NCBI RefSeq assembly: GCF_000400465.1 | Contig: NW_008806283.1 | Span: 20,001-268,000, forward strand | Length of the DNA stretch: 248,000 nt | From: Wallemia ichthyophaga EXF-994 | Lineage: Eukaryota; Fungi; Basidiomycota | Reading direction: 5' to 3' | Program-made: the position numbers and the translations under genes | The notes under the pieces: model-generated | Databases searched by the model: none | Told to the model about the DNA's origin: nothing | Seen by the model: the letters and a program-made list of their open reading frames with translations, nothing else | Shown here: one piece after another, positions 200,268-212,016 of the stretch | Layout: every line of letters starts with the position of its first letter | Position numbering within the stretch: the stretch's first letter is position 1

Positions 200268-202223
200268 GTGATCAGTGCGTCGCGTTTCATTACAGCGTAC
200301 AACCAACAAAGAAGCCGATCCGAAATGAAAAGCCTGAGGAGGTCACTCAATAAGGATAAGACAAATAGCGGTAGTACAAGTAATAGCACTAGCCATAGCC
200401 AGCAACAGATATCACCAAAAATAGCAGTGCTGCAACCACCTCAACTTGTCATAAAGGCAATTGGTTCGTATAGGGCGGAGAAAGCCGGGGAACTGAGTTT
200501 CGATGCTGGAGTATTCTACCACGTTCCAAGTCTAGAAATTGGCGGCGATGAGTTTTATGAAGCACACGACCCACTTAAGGGTACAAGAGGTCTTGTGCCA
200601 CGCTACCTGTTTGAGCCACTTAAAAGAGGAGGCGTAAGTGTGGACAATAGACAGTCATACGAGCATCACAATCAGCCCAATTCACACTCACACTCACACC
200701 CCAATTCACACTCTTCAAAGCCCTCCACTCAATACGCCGTCGTCCAGTTCGATTTTCTCGCAGAGAGACCAGACGAACTGAGCGCAAAAGCAGGCGAACC
200801 AATCATCGTCATTGCCCAATCAAACCATGAGTGGTTCGTCGCTAAACCCATCATGCGTCTCGGAGGTCCCGGTCTTATCCCCGTGGCATTTGTCGAGATT
200901 AGAGACCAGAAGAGTAATCAACCACTAGATACACACGCAATCGTGAGATCTGCTGTTATCCCCAAAGTTGAAGACTGGAAGCGACAAGCCGCTGATTACA
201001 AGAAAGCTTCGATTCCGCTTGGAAGATTTGAATTTAACAAGATGGACAACAGACACAAAGATGAAAAAGACAACGACAAGGAAAATTCTTTCCCGGAGAA
201101 TTCCACCCCTCACGGTGTCTCACACGGCAGCAACAACATACCAAGTACTCATCCAAGTACCAATTTTATATCACCCACTGAAAACGCTCAAATAGCATCT
201201 ACATCTCAACTGCCATCTGCAACCACGCCACCTGCAACTACACCATCCATCACTAGCATATTGCAATCATCCGTTGTCTCCCACTATCACGAGAATGAAG
201301 TGACGTGGTTCCAGTTCAATATTGTTTTCGTAGAAGCTGATACAACCGACGCGACTTTCATACCAACTAATCACACGCGCTCAATGATTCTATTCAGACT
201401 ATACGAAGATTTCTACGATTTCCAGATAAGATTGCTTGATACTTTCCCTGTTGAAGCTGGAAGGAGAGTGTCAGCAGATGGACAGGGGAAGACGCGTATA
201501 TTGCCTTACTTACCTGGACCTATAGAAGCGCATGATCTCAATGAGGTGTCTATAGTGAGAAGACGACTAGAGCTCAATCAATATGTGCACGAATTGTCTT
201601 CTCTCCCACAGCATATTATTAGCTGCGAGCTTTTTAGGGATTTCTTAGATGTCAGACCAGGCGATAGGGAGGTGAGCCACAGAAGTGAGCAGGGTGAAAT
201701 GGGTGAGATTGGCGAGGTTGGTGAATACGCCGAGCATGCTGAGGAGCATACTGAGCACAATTTGCATAATGCCCAACCCAAACACTCATCCGCATCAAGT
201801 TTATCAATTAACGGCGGTTTGGTTGAGAGTATGCACCATTTAGCTGTGGCGCAAGAAGAACAAAAAGACGAAGAGGAGCAAGAGAAACATCAAGACATAC
201901 CAGTATCGGCATCTGTCGACAGCTCACTAAGCGCACTACCTAAACTCGCATCCGAGTCAACACTTTCAACAATGTCAACCAGCGCGATGAAAGTGAAAGT
202001 ACTACACCAACCCACAGGTGACTTGATAGCATTGCGGATATCACCTACCGATCTCAAGTTGGATAGCCTTTTGGACAAGATAAGGGAGCGTTTCGGAGTT
202101 GATGTTAACCGGATATGGTCGAATGATGACAGCAGCAGCTTTGACAGGAAGGAGATTAGCACGGATGAGGAGCTGCACGAATGGTTGAACAATGCGTCTA
202201 AATTGAGTTTAATTGTTAGTTGA
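200268..202223 (+). CDS. BEM1: Bem1/Scd2 scaffold (SH3-SH3-PX-PB1)
   Basis: Two SH3, RLYEDFYDFQI PX, PB1 tail. Confidence 0.93.
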   Translation: MISASRFITAYNQQRSRSEMKSLRRSLNKDKTNSGSTSNSTSHSQQQISPKIAVLQPPQLVIKAIGSYRAEKAGELSFDAGVFYHVPSLEIGGDEFYEAHDPLKGTRGLVPRYLFEPLKRGGVSVDNRQSYEHHNQPNSHSHSHPNSHSSKPSTQYAVVQFDFLAERPDELSAKAGEPIIVIAQSNHEWFVAKPIMRLGGPGLIPVAFVEIRDQKSNQPLDTHAIVRSAVIPKVEDWKRQAADYKKASIPLGRFEFNKMDNRHKDEKDNDKENSFPENSTPHGVSHGSNNIPSTHPSTNFISPTENAQIASTSQLPSATTPPATTPSITSILQSSVVSHYHENEVTWFQFNIVFVEADTTDATFIPTNHTRSMILFRLYEDFYDFQIRLLDTFPVEAGRRVSADGQGKTRILPYLPGPIEAHDLNEVSIVRRRLELNQYVHELSSLPQHIISCELFRDFLDVRPGDREVSHRSEQGEMGEIGEVGEYAEHAEEHTEHNLHNAQPKHSSASSLSINGGLVESMHHLAVAQEEQKDEEEQEKHQDIPVSASVDSSLSALPKLASESTLSTMSTSAMKVKVLHQPTGDLIALRISPTDLKLDSLLDKIRERFGVDVNRIWSNDDSSSFDRKEISTDEELHEWLNNASKLSLIVS

Positions 202224-202267
202224 ATTTCATTCCAACTTGGCTATCTACCTTCTTTTTTAAAACGGTC

Positions 202268-203274
202268 ATGGATTTCTCAGCCGAGACATATTTTAGCACA
202301 CAGCCAGAACCAGCAAACCACGCCGAGAAGTTAGCTTCTGTGACTGCGTTTATAGACAGACAAATTTCACGTAACCGTCGAGTAGCTCTTGTAACTGTAA
202401 GTGAAGATTGACATCATATCGGATAAGACATCTGAGGGTGTTAATATAGTCTGGTGGCACTACAGTACCGCTTGAGAAGAATACTGTGCGTTTTCTCGAC
202501 AATTTTAGCGCTGGTACGCGTGGAGCGACTTCAGCGGAATACCTCCTTAACGATCCACGCTATGCAGTTATATTTATGCATCGCCAGCATTCTCTCCAGC
202601 CATACACTAAGCATTTCAGTCACACCACCAACCCTTTCCTCGATCTACTCAATCTACCGGAATCCCCCGATGATGAAATCACAGTGAACAGAAACAAGAC
202701 ACCTGAAATGTTCAACATACTCCGCAATCACCATCAAGTCGTCTGCGAAGATAGATTATTTAGTCTCCCATTCGTCACTATCGCCGATTACCTTTTCTTG
202801 TTGCGGGATGTGAGTATGGCTATGAAATCTTGTTCAAAGAGCGCCCTCTATTACCTCGCTGCTGCAGTCAGTGATTTCTTTATACCAACGCAGAAAATCT
202901 ACGAGCATAAAATTCAGTCACAAAAGGGTAGCTTGCAGATAGAGATGGATCAAACACCCAAAATACTCGGTTCTCTCGTTAAGGATTGGACTCCGGAGGG
203001 TTTCATTGTCAGCTTTAAATTGGAAACTGAACATTCACTCTTAATACCTAAAGCTATTGGTGCTCTCGAAAAGTATGAGCATCATCTCGTTATCGCTAAT
203101 GAACTTAAGAATAGAAAATACAAAGTAGCTCTGGTTGAAAGGAAGCTGGATGGTCAATTCAGTGAGGACTTTGTCGAGATTGGTGAAAATACCCACGATA
203201 AGGAAATTGAAGAGGAGATAATCAAGCAGGTTATCAGTAGACACGATATTCATCTCACTCAGCAGCGACTTTGA
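202268..203274 (+). CDS. CAB2: Phosphopantothenate-cysteine ligase
   Basis: [36 protein letters not shown]. Confidence 0.93.
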
Positions 203275-203567
203275 GGCTTTAACATTTCATTTCAACGCGA
203301 TTCTATCGTGAAACAAGCCCAATTCCATTAGACAAAACATTTCGGAACATAACACTCTTTCTATACATTCACCCTTTCTGTGTACAGTTTGTACATACTA
203401 TATCACTCTTCATGATACAAATATCTATCTAATTATACAAATATCCTTGCTAGTAAAATTACTGTGAATGGCCGTCGTCAGTCTCAAGTGGCGGTGCACT
203501 TGCTTCAATCGTTCGAGTGTTGTGTGAAGGAGGCGGTGCAGACGGCGCAGGTGGTATAATATGATCG

Positions 203568-204932
203568 TTATTCGACTCCTGCAGATTTTATTAGTAAAGC
203601 TTTACCACATCGAAACCAACTCACATCAGAATAAGGTAGATCAAATGGACTGAACGTCGGTTCAAATGCGGTAGGAGGAAGTGGTAAACTAGGCATTAAA
203701 TCTTTCTTCTTGGTATCGGAATTATCATGATCGGGCTGCTTCCAAAACCCTTCTTCCACAGTCTCATAGCCATCACCGTCAACATTAGCCACTGGAACTG
203801 ATGCATCATGCCGCCGTTGCTCGTCATCTCCAAATGGCGATGAAGAAGCCATATGTAGATTCCGCAAATGATCTTTATCATCAATTGCAATATGAGCAGT
203901 GAGATGATGAGCACTGTTGTCATTCTCACTATCACTATCACTCGTCGCTGGTTCTGGCGTTTCTTCCAGCTCCTCGAGATCGTTATTGCCTCGACTGTTA
204001 ATATAGCGTGACTTTTCCGTTTGGCGTGTCGTACTCGGTGCTCGTCTTGATGTTGTCGGTCTTTGCGAGTTAGGTCTGTATGCCGGAGGTAGAGCTGGTA
204101 GTGCGCCTGAGTCTGTGTCGCGGTCTAATGGGAATGGAGGTGGCGATTCATGATGCTCGTGGTGCTCGTGGTGCTCATTTTCATTATCGTCATTGCGTTG
204201 ACGTGGCTGAATTTGAGTCAAAGTCTCTTGGTTGACTTGCTCAGCTTGCTCAACTCCCCCAAGTCCCCGACTGTTGTCATCATCACCCTCGCTAGCTCGA
204301 TTCCTCCCTGTGTCGTGACTGAGTAACTCGCCTCTCTCCTCCTCGTTATCGTTATCGTTGTTGTTGTTGATTGATGGGCTGATTATGGAACGGAGAGAAG
204401 GCACATGATGTATTTTCCTGCCTTTCCTATGTTTAAGGTATTTGAGCGGGTTCCTCCGCTTCCTGACAAACGAGGTGGTACTTTTAGGCTCATCCTGATC
204501 GCCATCAAAACCACTCTCGCTCTTTTTAAGCTTAGTTCGGGATTTGGATTTCCGCCGCCGCCTCCACACGATAGTCCCGAACATTGTGAAGACTATCACG
204601 GAAGCGAGTACGACACTAATACCAATAATAAGTGGCTCACTGTTCTTGTGGTAGGATGCGTTGGCATGATTAGTCCCCCACCCTCGAGGCATGGATGGGT
204701 TATTGGTATCGAATGGATCCATACTACTTCGCTTGTCGTAGACATTGACGCCCCAGAATTTGAACTCATTGACTTTTTCACTGTTCTTTGTCAGCTTTAG
204801 CGGCAAATTGACTTGCTCAAGCTCAACGCTGTAGCTCTGATTGAGTTCTGCTTGTGTATTACCGTAAGCCAAGCCATATGTGACTAATACACATAGTAAA
204901 TTAATAAAGAGGCATACTCGCACACCCTTCAT
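203568..204932 (-). CDS. Single-pass type I membrane protein
   Basis: Signal, TM, RRRRK stop-transfer, PPAY motif. Confidence 0.55.
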   Translation of the reverse strand: MKGVRVCLFINLLCVLVTYGLAYGNTQAELNQSYSVELEQVNLPLKLTKNSEKVNEFKFWGVNVYDKRSSMDPFDTNNPSMPRGWGTNHANASYHKNSEPLIIGISVVLASVIVFTMFGTIVWRRRRKSKSRTKLKKSESGFDGDQDEPKSTTSFVRKRRNPLKYLKHRKGRKIHHVPSLRSIISPSINNNNDNDNEEERGELLSHDTGRNRASEGDDDNSRGLGGVEQAEQVNQETLTQIQPRQRNDDNENEHHEHHEHHESPPPFPLDRDTDSGALPALPPAYRPNSQRPTTSRRAPSTTRQTEKSRYINSRGNNDLEELEETPEPATSDSDSENDNSAHHLTAHIAIDDKDHLRNLHMASSSPFGDDEQRRHDASVPVANVDGDGYETVEEGFWKQPDHDNSDTKKKDLMPSLPLPPTAFEPTFSPFDLPYSDVSWFRCGKALLIKSAGVE

Positions 204933-205134
204933 GAAATCTCACACGGATTTCCTCAATTTCTGGTTTATGGGGGATCACAGTCGGAAACCACGATAAGATA
205001 TGGTGGGAAAATTGGTTTATTTTTTCATAGCTTTGTCAATTTAGGCACAAATCAAATCAAATTAAATCAGTCGTCGTCAGATTATGCTACAGATTCCCTC
205101 ATTATCTTGATTTTCTTGGTAAATTTCTCAACAT

Positions 205135-205869
205135 TTAATTCTGGCTGTAGTGCTGTGAGTAAAGTGGAAGTGGCAGCGAACCACTTACGCTTGGTGTAGT
205201 GGACTTTACAGAAGGCAAATCAAGCAAGTCTGTAACGTATCTGTTGAACTTTTGATACTTCTCCGTCTTGAGTGTCTCAAGCACGCTCCTTGCGCCTGCG
205301 ATATCGCAAACATCTTCTTTTGCGTTCTCAGCAAAGTCCTTGAATCTGACAAAGAATGGTGCAAATGCTAAATCACCAATTGTTGGCTTGTTGTCTCCCA
205401 ATAAGAAACCGGTTTCTGGAAGGTGAGCTTGGAGTGCGTCAATAGCTTGCAAGATATTCGTTGAACTTTCGCCGCGGAACAACCAAGCAAAGTATTGAGA
205501 GTTGAAGTAGCCGCCTGCTTCGATGAACAGACGTACTTTGGCCCGGTTGACAGCATTCACCAAGCCATGAGGAAGGAGGTGTGCATCTGGATAGAGATCA
205601 GCAACCAATTCCAACAAAACTAAGCTCTCATTGATCGACACTCCGTTCTCTGGAATCTTAGAAATGTCTTTCTGGTGATTGTCTTTGTCTATAACAAGCG
205701 CTGGAACTTTGGAAGCTGGGTTGATTTGAGGATACCATTCTGGCTTCTTCTCTAAATCAATTTCCACCTTCTCGAACTTGGCACCGGCTTGCAGCAGCGC
205801 AGCCTCTACACGATGCGCAAAGGGGCAAATGTGTGCTGTGTATAAAACTAAGCGTGAAGTCAAAGTCAT
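205135..205869 (-). CDS. Glutathione S-transferase
   Basis: CPFAHR, KVPAL, NES. Confidence 0.9.
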   Translation of the reverse strand: MTLTSRLVLYTAHICPFAHRVEAALLQAGAKFEKVEIDLEKKPEWYPQINPASKVPALVIDKDNHQKDISKIPENGVSINESLVLLELVADLYPDAHLLPHGLVNAVNRAKVRLFIEAGGYFNSQYFAWLFRGESSTNILQAIDALQAHLPETGFLLGDNKPTIGDLAFAPFFVRFKDFAENAKEDVCDIAGARSVLETLKTEKYQKFNRYVTDLLDLPSVKSTTPSVSGSLPLPLYSQHYSQN

Positions 205870-206139
205870 GATTGTTGATGGTAGAGGGAGAAAGTAATTA
205901 AACTGGATTTGTAATAGATTTATTAGTCATCAGCTTGCGCATGATTGCATTTGAAAGTAAATATCTGGGATAATTTTGACAATTTACACAATTCGCTCTA
206001 TTCACAGCTCTGTTATCGAAACTTGTGGCAAAGATGGAGCTGTCCATCGATGATGTCATTAGCACGGCCACGATGGTTTAATAATCTAGCTTTAGGGATT
206101 CCAGTAGGGTTTGTAATCAAGCTCACGCTCTTTGGAAGT

Positions 206140-206880
206140 ATTAAGGTATTTGTAATCTTCGCGCGAGCGTTGTCACTTTAAGCCAAGTAAAATTGTTTCG
206201 GGATCGTAATTTGGTACAAAATAGTTTAATCGCCTTCACACTCCTATTTTTTGGAATCTCGGAATGCACTTGGTCGATCCAAACCATCGATTTCAGAATT
206301 AAGCTGACCCCTACTTTCCTTTGCATGAATTGCTTTTATACCCGTGCGATGGTCCAGAGTGATAAATTTTTTTCGCTGTAGCCACCATCGTGTCCTGTGG
206401 ACGCTATTTGTCGGAGAATGTAAATCACGTCTAGAAGGGCCAGCATTTTTGAGTTCTTGACTACTGCGGTTTTCATCAGCTTAAATTGTTTGTTTCTATC
206501 GATGAAGTTCCTGAAATCTCCATACCTAATCTGCAGGGTGCTCTAGAGCGATGTCGGACCGCAAATCCTGGACGGCCTACAGTGCGCGATTAGAGGCTTA
206601 GAGATATGCTTCTGGTGACGCCTCATAGAAACCATTCAGAGCTACATGCCAAGATCCTTTATTTGGAGATCATCAAAACTCGTAAATCAGCCATTTGAGA
206701 TCAGTGGTGGTCAAAAAACTAACTCAGTGGATATTGAACGGAGGGATTATGTGTGGATGTATTTAAAATGCTGGATATGCTAAGAAAATGTTGGAAATGG
206801 TATCTTCTTCAATTGGTCAGTATATCGTATCTCTGCGTTCGGTTTCTCACTTACTTGGCCATTTGTTGCGTGAGTTGAAT
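206140..206880 (-). repeat. Dispersed decayed gene family, copy 5
   Basis: About 200 codons in one frame with several stops; GTAAGT..CTGAC..AG intron. Confidence 0.75.
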
Positions 206881-207335
206881 CAACTCAACTCAGTGGAATA
206901 ACCAGTATCTATGAGAGGCATTTATTGAATAACTGAAATTCACATGCAAACACCACACTTCCATGTGGTTTCGCTCTTAGGTCATTAGTGATATATCATC
207001 GGGTCGCAATGAAGCCATTGACAGACGTGAGATAAAACCTAGTAGGTAGAGCTGCGCATTGTGCTCTACTTGGTTGATGTTGATTGGATTGCGTCGATAT
207101 AGATAAGACAACTTTAGTGATGTTTGGCGGCGATTACAGGCATCGAGTAGTCTTTTGGTATACAAGTCTTGTCAATATAGCGACAGTAGCTGCACCCCCA
207201 AACATTAAACCCTGCTTGCAATTTACTTAGATACTTAAAGCAAGAAATGGAATCGTAAGACAGATAATTACAAAATAAATTAATCACTCTCATCTTCGGA
207301 CTCAGCCTCGTCGAGCCACTAGAGTTTTTTGTTAG

Positions 207336-208520
207336 CTATGTGTGAACAAGGTAATGTCTGATACTCACCTTCAAAAATGGCTTGGCAGAAACTCTGACTT
207401 TCTTTGAGACATCTTTATCGACATACTTTTTAGAAACATGCGTACCCCAGTGCTGAATGACTTCCTCTTCCAGGAGATCAGCTTGATAGATCTTCATGAG
207501 CAGTTTAGGAAGCTGAGGAAGAAGTTCCGGGTAGTTGAGACCAACGAGTCTCTCAAGACCGCCGAGAATACTCTTTTGATGCTTTTCAGAACCATCCTTG
207601 CACATTTGTTCCAAGACTGGAATAATACCATCAAGCTCCTTGAAAGCGTTTTGGGTGAGAGCAGATTGGATGACAACTTGGACAGTTTTATGCTTTTGTT
207701 CTATATTCAGATCTCTGGACTTGTTGAGGATATCAACAGGATTGATGGTTTGATCTTCGGCGTGCTTCTCCTCAATCCACAAAGCCAACTGAGATTCAGG
207801 GGCATCGTTACCGTCTTCATCAGAGTTAGCGCCGTCTTGTCCGAGGATGGTAGTGACACCTTCAGATAACTGATTAACTCTAGCTTGGACAGCTGCCTCT
207901 GAGGTGTCGACACTCCATTCATTGTCAGCTTTCTTATCAGCAATGGGGACAGCCTTAGCTTCAGCGTTAATTCTAGCAGTGAGATCATCTTGAGTTTGAG
208001 CGTCATTCTCCATTTGTTCGACTTCGTCAGTTGCCTTGTTTGCAGCTTCAGCATGAGCGCCTTGACCTTTCTTCTTCTTTGGAGGCGGATTCTTTTGAAT
208101 GTAAGTGGTAAGCTTATGTACCTTATCGACACCAGAGCGTTTACCGCAAGCTTTGCAATCCTTAATAATGTCATCATTCTTAGACATTTGTAATTCCGTT
208201 TCAGGGTTTTTGCAAGAACCACAGAGAACAAATTTAGCGATGAAGGAATCGAGGACTTCCCTAAGCCTGTCAACCTGATGACTACCATTAACGATATACC
208301 GATCATTCTTATCGTCCAAAGTAGTTTGAGCACCCAACTCGAAACCAAAGAACTTTGTTGGATAGTTTGGAGGTCTAGCCAAGGCTTTTGCGACGTCTGA
208401 CATATTTGGAATTACAGTCTTTATGCCATTTCCCTTGCCTTCAATTTTTGTAACCAACTGAGGCATTTTATACCTGTAAAATTTATCATCAACGTCCCTT
208501 CTAATATTTACTAGCGTCAT
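207336..208520 (-). CDS. TIF5: Translation initiation factor eIF5
   Basis: FYRYKMP, KIEGKGNGIKT, CGSCKNPET. Confidence 0.97.
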   Translation of the reverse strand: MTLVNIRRDVDDKFYRYKMPQLVTKIEGKGNGIKTVIPNMSDVAKALARPPNYPTKFFGFELGAQTTLDDKNDRYIVNGSHQVDRLREVLDSFIAKFVLCGSCKNPETELQMSKNDDIIKDCKACGKRSGVDKVHKLTTYIQKNPPPKKKKGQGAHAEAANKATDEVEQMENDAQTQDDLTARINAEAKAVPIADKKADNEWSVDTSEAAVQARVNQLSEGVTTILGQDGANSDEDGNDAPESQLALWIEEKHAEDQTINPVDILNKSRDLNIEQKHKTVQVVIQSALTQNAFKELDGIIPVLEQMCKDGSEKHQKSILGGLERLVGLNYPELLPQLPKLLMKIYQADLLEEEVIQHWGTHVSKKYVDKDVSKKVRVSAKPFLKVSIRHYLVHT

Positions 208521-208575
208521 TGTATAGCATGTAAAGCGATTCTAATCGTTTAAACTTAATTTTCGTTGTTGGTGG

Positions 208576-209064
208576 TTGGCCTGGGAGAACAGTGATGGGA
208601 AATATCAATCAATCCATGCTAAAATCTTCTACAACAGAAACTTGGGCGTAAGTTTTATCATCTTCGTAGGCGTCATCGCGCTGCTTATTGGATTCCTTGT
208701 TATCCTTGTTATCTTCCTCCTCCTCTTGCGTTTTCCACTGAGACTCGTAATTTTCATAATTCGATTTAGCTTCAGTTTTGCGATGAGCCCTGAGCTGCGA
208801 GGATATTTGTTAGAGTCAAAACGCACACCCATCCCCACTAACCTCCTTGGTTTCCTGCTTCTTGGCCTCCTTATCCCTCGCCACCGCCTTTTCCCTCCTA
208901 TCATTTAGACGCTTCTGCTTCCTCTTTCTAAACCCAGTGAGATATTCCCTACGCTTGTCCTCATCGAATACGATCTCATCCACCTGCTTCGTCTTGTTCT
209001 GGCGCTTCCTCCCCAATGCCTCCTTATCAAAGCTCAAAATTGCGCTATTCGATGATTTACCCAT
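208576..209064 (-). CDS. RRP17: Nucleolar protein Rrp17/Nop25
   Basis: FDEDKRREYLTGFRKRK. Confidence 0.85.
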
Positions 209065-209123
209065 GACCGCACAAAAGCAAATTGATAAGCTGCGAAAATG
209101 TTTTATTTATTAATGTACACATA

Positions 209124-211004
209124 TTACCTCTTAAACACTAAAGACTTGACAAATCCTACTGTCGTCAGATAAAACGACTCCCTGCTTTTCGTTGAATGAA
209201 ATCCTGTGTCACGGAAATGTGAATGTCCAGACGAATGTACCATTTCATCTGGATTTTCATCTGCTCCTTCTCCTGTCCCTTCTCCTGGCCCTTTTTCCAT
209301 CATGTTCACGCTCTCACTCGATTCCGTCTTGAGACTCTCATCAGGTGACTGAGAATCATAATTTCCCCTCTCTTTCGACATTGCCGTCGTCGATGCAAGT
209401 ATTACCTGATTGTCTCGACTATAAAAAGTCATCCACGATTCTTTCGCATCTGCTTTCTTCCTCAATATCATACTTCCCGATTTGTGCACATCCGTCGGCG
209501 ACTTCTGGACAGTACCCACCGCTGCGGCCTTCACATGCTCCGCTGTCGGTCCATATATTGCACTGTACCTGTCTCCTTCTTCAGAAATTGACGAATTGGA
209601 TGATGATATTGTTTTGCCGATATCGAGTTTCAGATCTCCGTTACTCCTACCATTCATATTCTCATCTTTCTTAGTCTCATGCTTGAATCTAAGTAGATTA
209701 TCGTTCACACCGTCAACTATCAATTCATGTCCCGGCGACTGACTATCTTTAGAACATCTATTCACTTGAAAATCCTTCCAATGCAGTCTGTGTCCGACTA
209801 CTATATACTGCCATGCCTCATTTTCCGTCGACTGCTGCACGTAGTGCTCTTCATTGACCCCTGGTGGTGCAATATAAGCGCAGCAGCTCTCTACGATGAA
209901 TGTGTTGACCGCCGAGCCGCTTCCAGTTACGTTAATTCTAGTCCAGTGGTTGTGCCGAAAATCAAACACATCTATCGCTGCCGTGTTATACGCCTATATC
210001 TGGTCGTTAAATTCAAGTCCTCTACACTAAACCACACCCACACAGTATTCATCGTATGTTTCATCATATTGCCACGCAGGTACTATAGTCACTCCTGCAA
210101 AGATGGCCAGTTTGTGACTGCCTACGAGTATCATCGTCGCTTCCAATCTCTCACGTGGTGATTGACCAGTAGTAGTAATGACATCTTCAATGGATCCTTC
210201 CGAAGATGTAGCTGTGTATCTGCGATTGAGGTTGCCGTCGTCAATATGCATATCTTCATCTATGCTCTGTTGAATGTTTCTTTTTGCTTTGAGCTTCAAG
210301 AGTCTCGCTCGCGAGTAAGCCTCTGGAGATTTGTAGTTGCTCCAGTAGAAATTATCCTCTATAGCATTGTACGTCAGTTTATGAAGATCGTCGAATATCA
210401 CATTGACAGGATCATCCACCTGTGCACCCCCGAAATAGAAAATATCATCACCTTTGACAGTCTGTGAATGTCCAAACCGCATGTCTGGAGCTATTCCCTT
210501 TATCTCTGGTTGAATCCACCTATCTTGCTTGATGTGATACACGAAAACATCATTGTCGCCAACAGTATTGTCACATATACCGCCAAACAAGACGATAAAA
210601 TCTCTAATACATGCCATTGAATGGCCTCTGCGTGCTGTTGGCCACGTGCTCTCTTCATAGCTCTCACTGCTATGTGACGTTCTCTTCCTCGGACGCTTAC
210701 TAAACCTGTTTAGATATCGATCTGGCTGCCTCGAGTTTCCAAGTTCTACTATTGACAAGTCTTTGATGTTTATCTTGTAAAGAATGTCAGAGAGTGAACC
210801 CGTCGATCTTTCATCAAGAGCCGCTGTGGCGTGGGTTGGGTGATCCGAGCTCAGCTTGGGGTGGAGTGTACCCCCGAAAATATAAATTTCGTCGTTGTAC
210901 GCGGTAACAGGAGCCATAAGCGGTTGCCACTGATAAGATTGGGTTGGGGAATAGTTTGGGTTATCAATTCTGAGGAAATATCTATCCCATAGTCTAGTCG
211001 TCAA
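209124..211004 (-). CDS. Kelch-repeat protein
   Basis: IYIFGG, RRGHSM, RFGHS. Confidence 0.8.
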
Positions 211005-211357
211005 GTTGAGGACGTATACGGAGGGATTAACTGATCTTTAAGGGATTAGCGAGGTCTTGGAGATTGCTGAAATCTCACAAATAAGGCAAATAGAGGAAAT
211101 TACGTATTTGAACGGCAGTCTAAATATGTCATCAGTGTAATGATATGCACTAGAGGAATAAACGCACATGGTGACCAAATGCAGGTGGAAATACCTCCGG
211201 CAGATGCTCTTCAGCCTGGTTATTCAAGTCATCGTCGCCGTTTGAATTTATCGTCGGTTGTAATTGAGAAGAAGGTGGGAAGTCTGGAGCGCGTTGTACA
211301 TCGAATTGATCCCAGTGTGCGCCTGTAAAGCATAAGTGAGTGCAAATTATTCAAATC

Positions 211358-211510
211358 TCAACCAAATCCCTCACCGACGAAGCTCAGATGCCGCTTGACC
211401 AAATTGTGGAATGATCTGCACGATATGGACAATCTCATCAAATCGATCGATCTGAGGTTACTGAGTATTTCGTAGTACACGTTGTCATTCAATTTAAGCA
211501 TCTGCGCCAT
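211358..211510 (-). CDS. F-box-like fragment
   Basis: LNDNVYYEILSNL..DLMRLSISCRSF. Confidence 0.35.
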   Translation of the reverse strand: MAQMLKLNDNVYYEILSNLRSIDLMRLSISCRSFHNLVKRHLSFVGEGFG

Positions 211511-212016
211511 TTTTGAATGGTATTTAATCTTTTTCCTTTTTTTCAAATAATCCAGAATAGTGGATTTCAAAGATAAGAATTTGCGAGGAGACAAAGAAAA
211601 GGAGAGAAAAATTACATGAAAAGTATTCACAATGGCATTACAAAAAGTTTTCGCATTCATTCTCCACTCCGCTGCTTCCCGCCAACACCAATATCGAATG
211701 GTAGAAATCTCGTTATCCCCACGTTGTCAGCTACACTATTTACTTTGTTGTCAAATCTCTGTCGTAATCCATTCTGGTACTGAAATTTTGTTAACCCCTT
211801 GTATTATCACAACCGATGAACTCACAGTGACGCCAAACAATTTTACACTAGTGGATGACCAATTGGGGAGGGCATTGATGTAGATATCAGACCAAATTGT
211901 GATCAAACGCCACACCAGCAGCGCTTCTGTCCAGTGGAAGCTATCTAGCAATTTAGACTGATTGCCAAGTTGTTTGGATATGTCGACATTGCGCAACTCT
212001 GAGAGAATTGTCGACC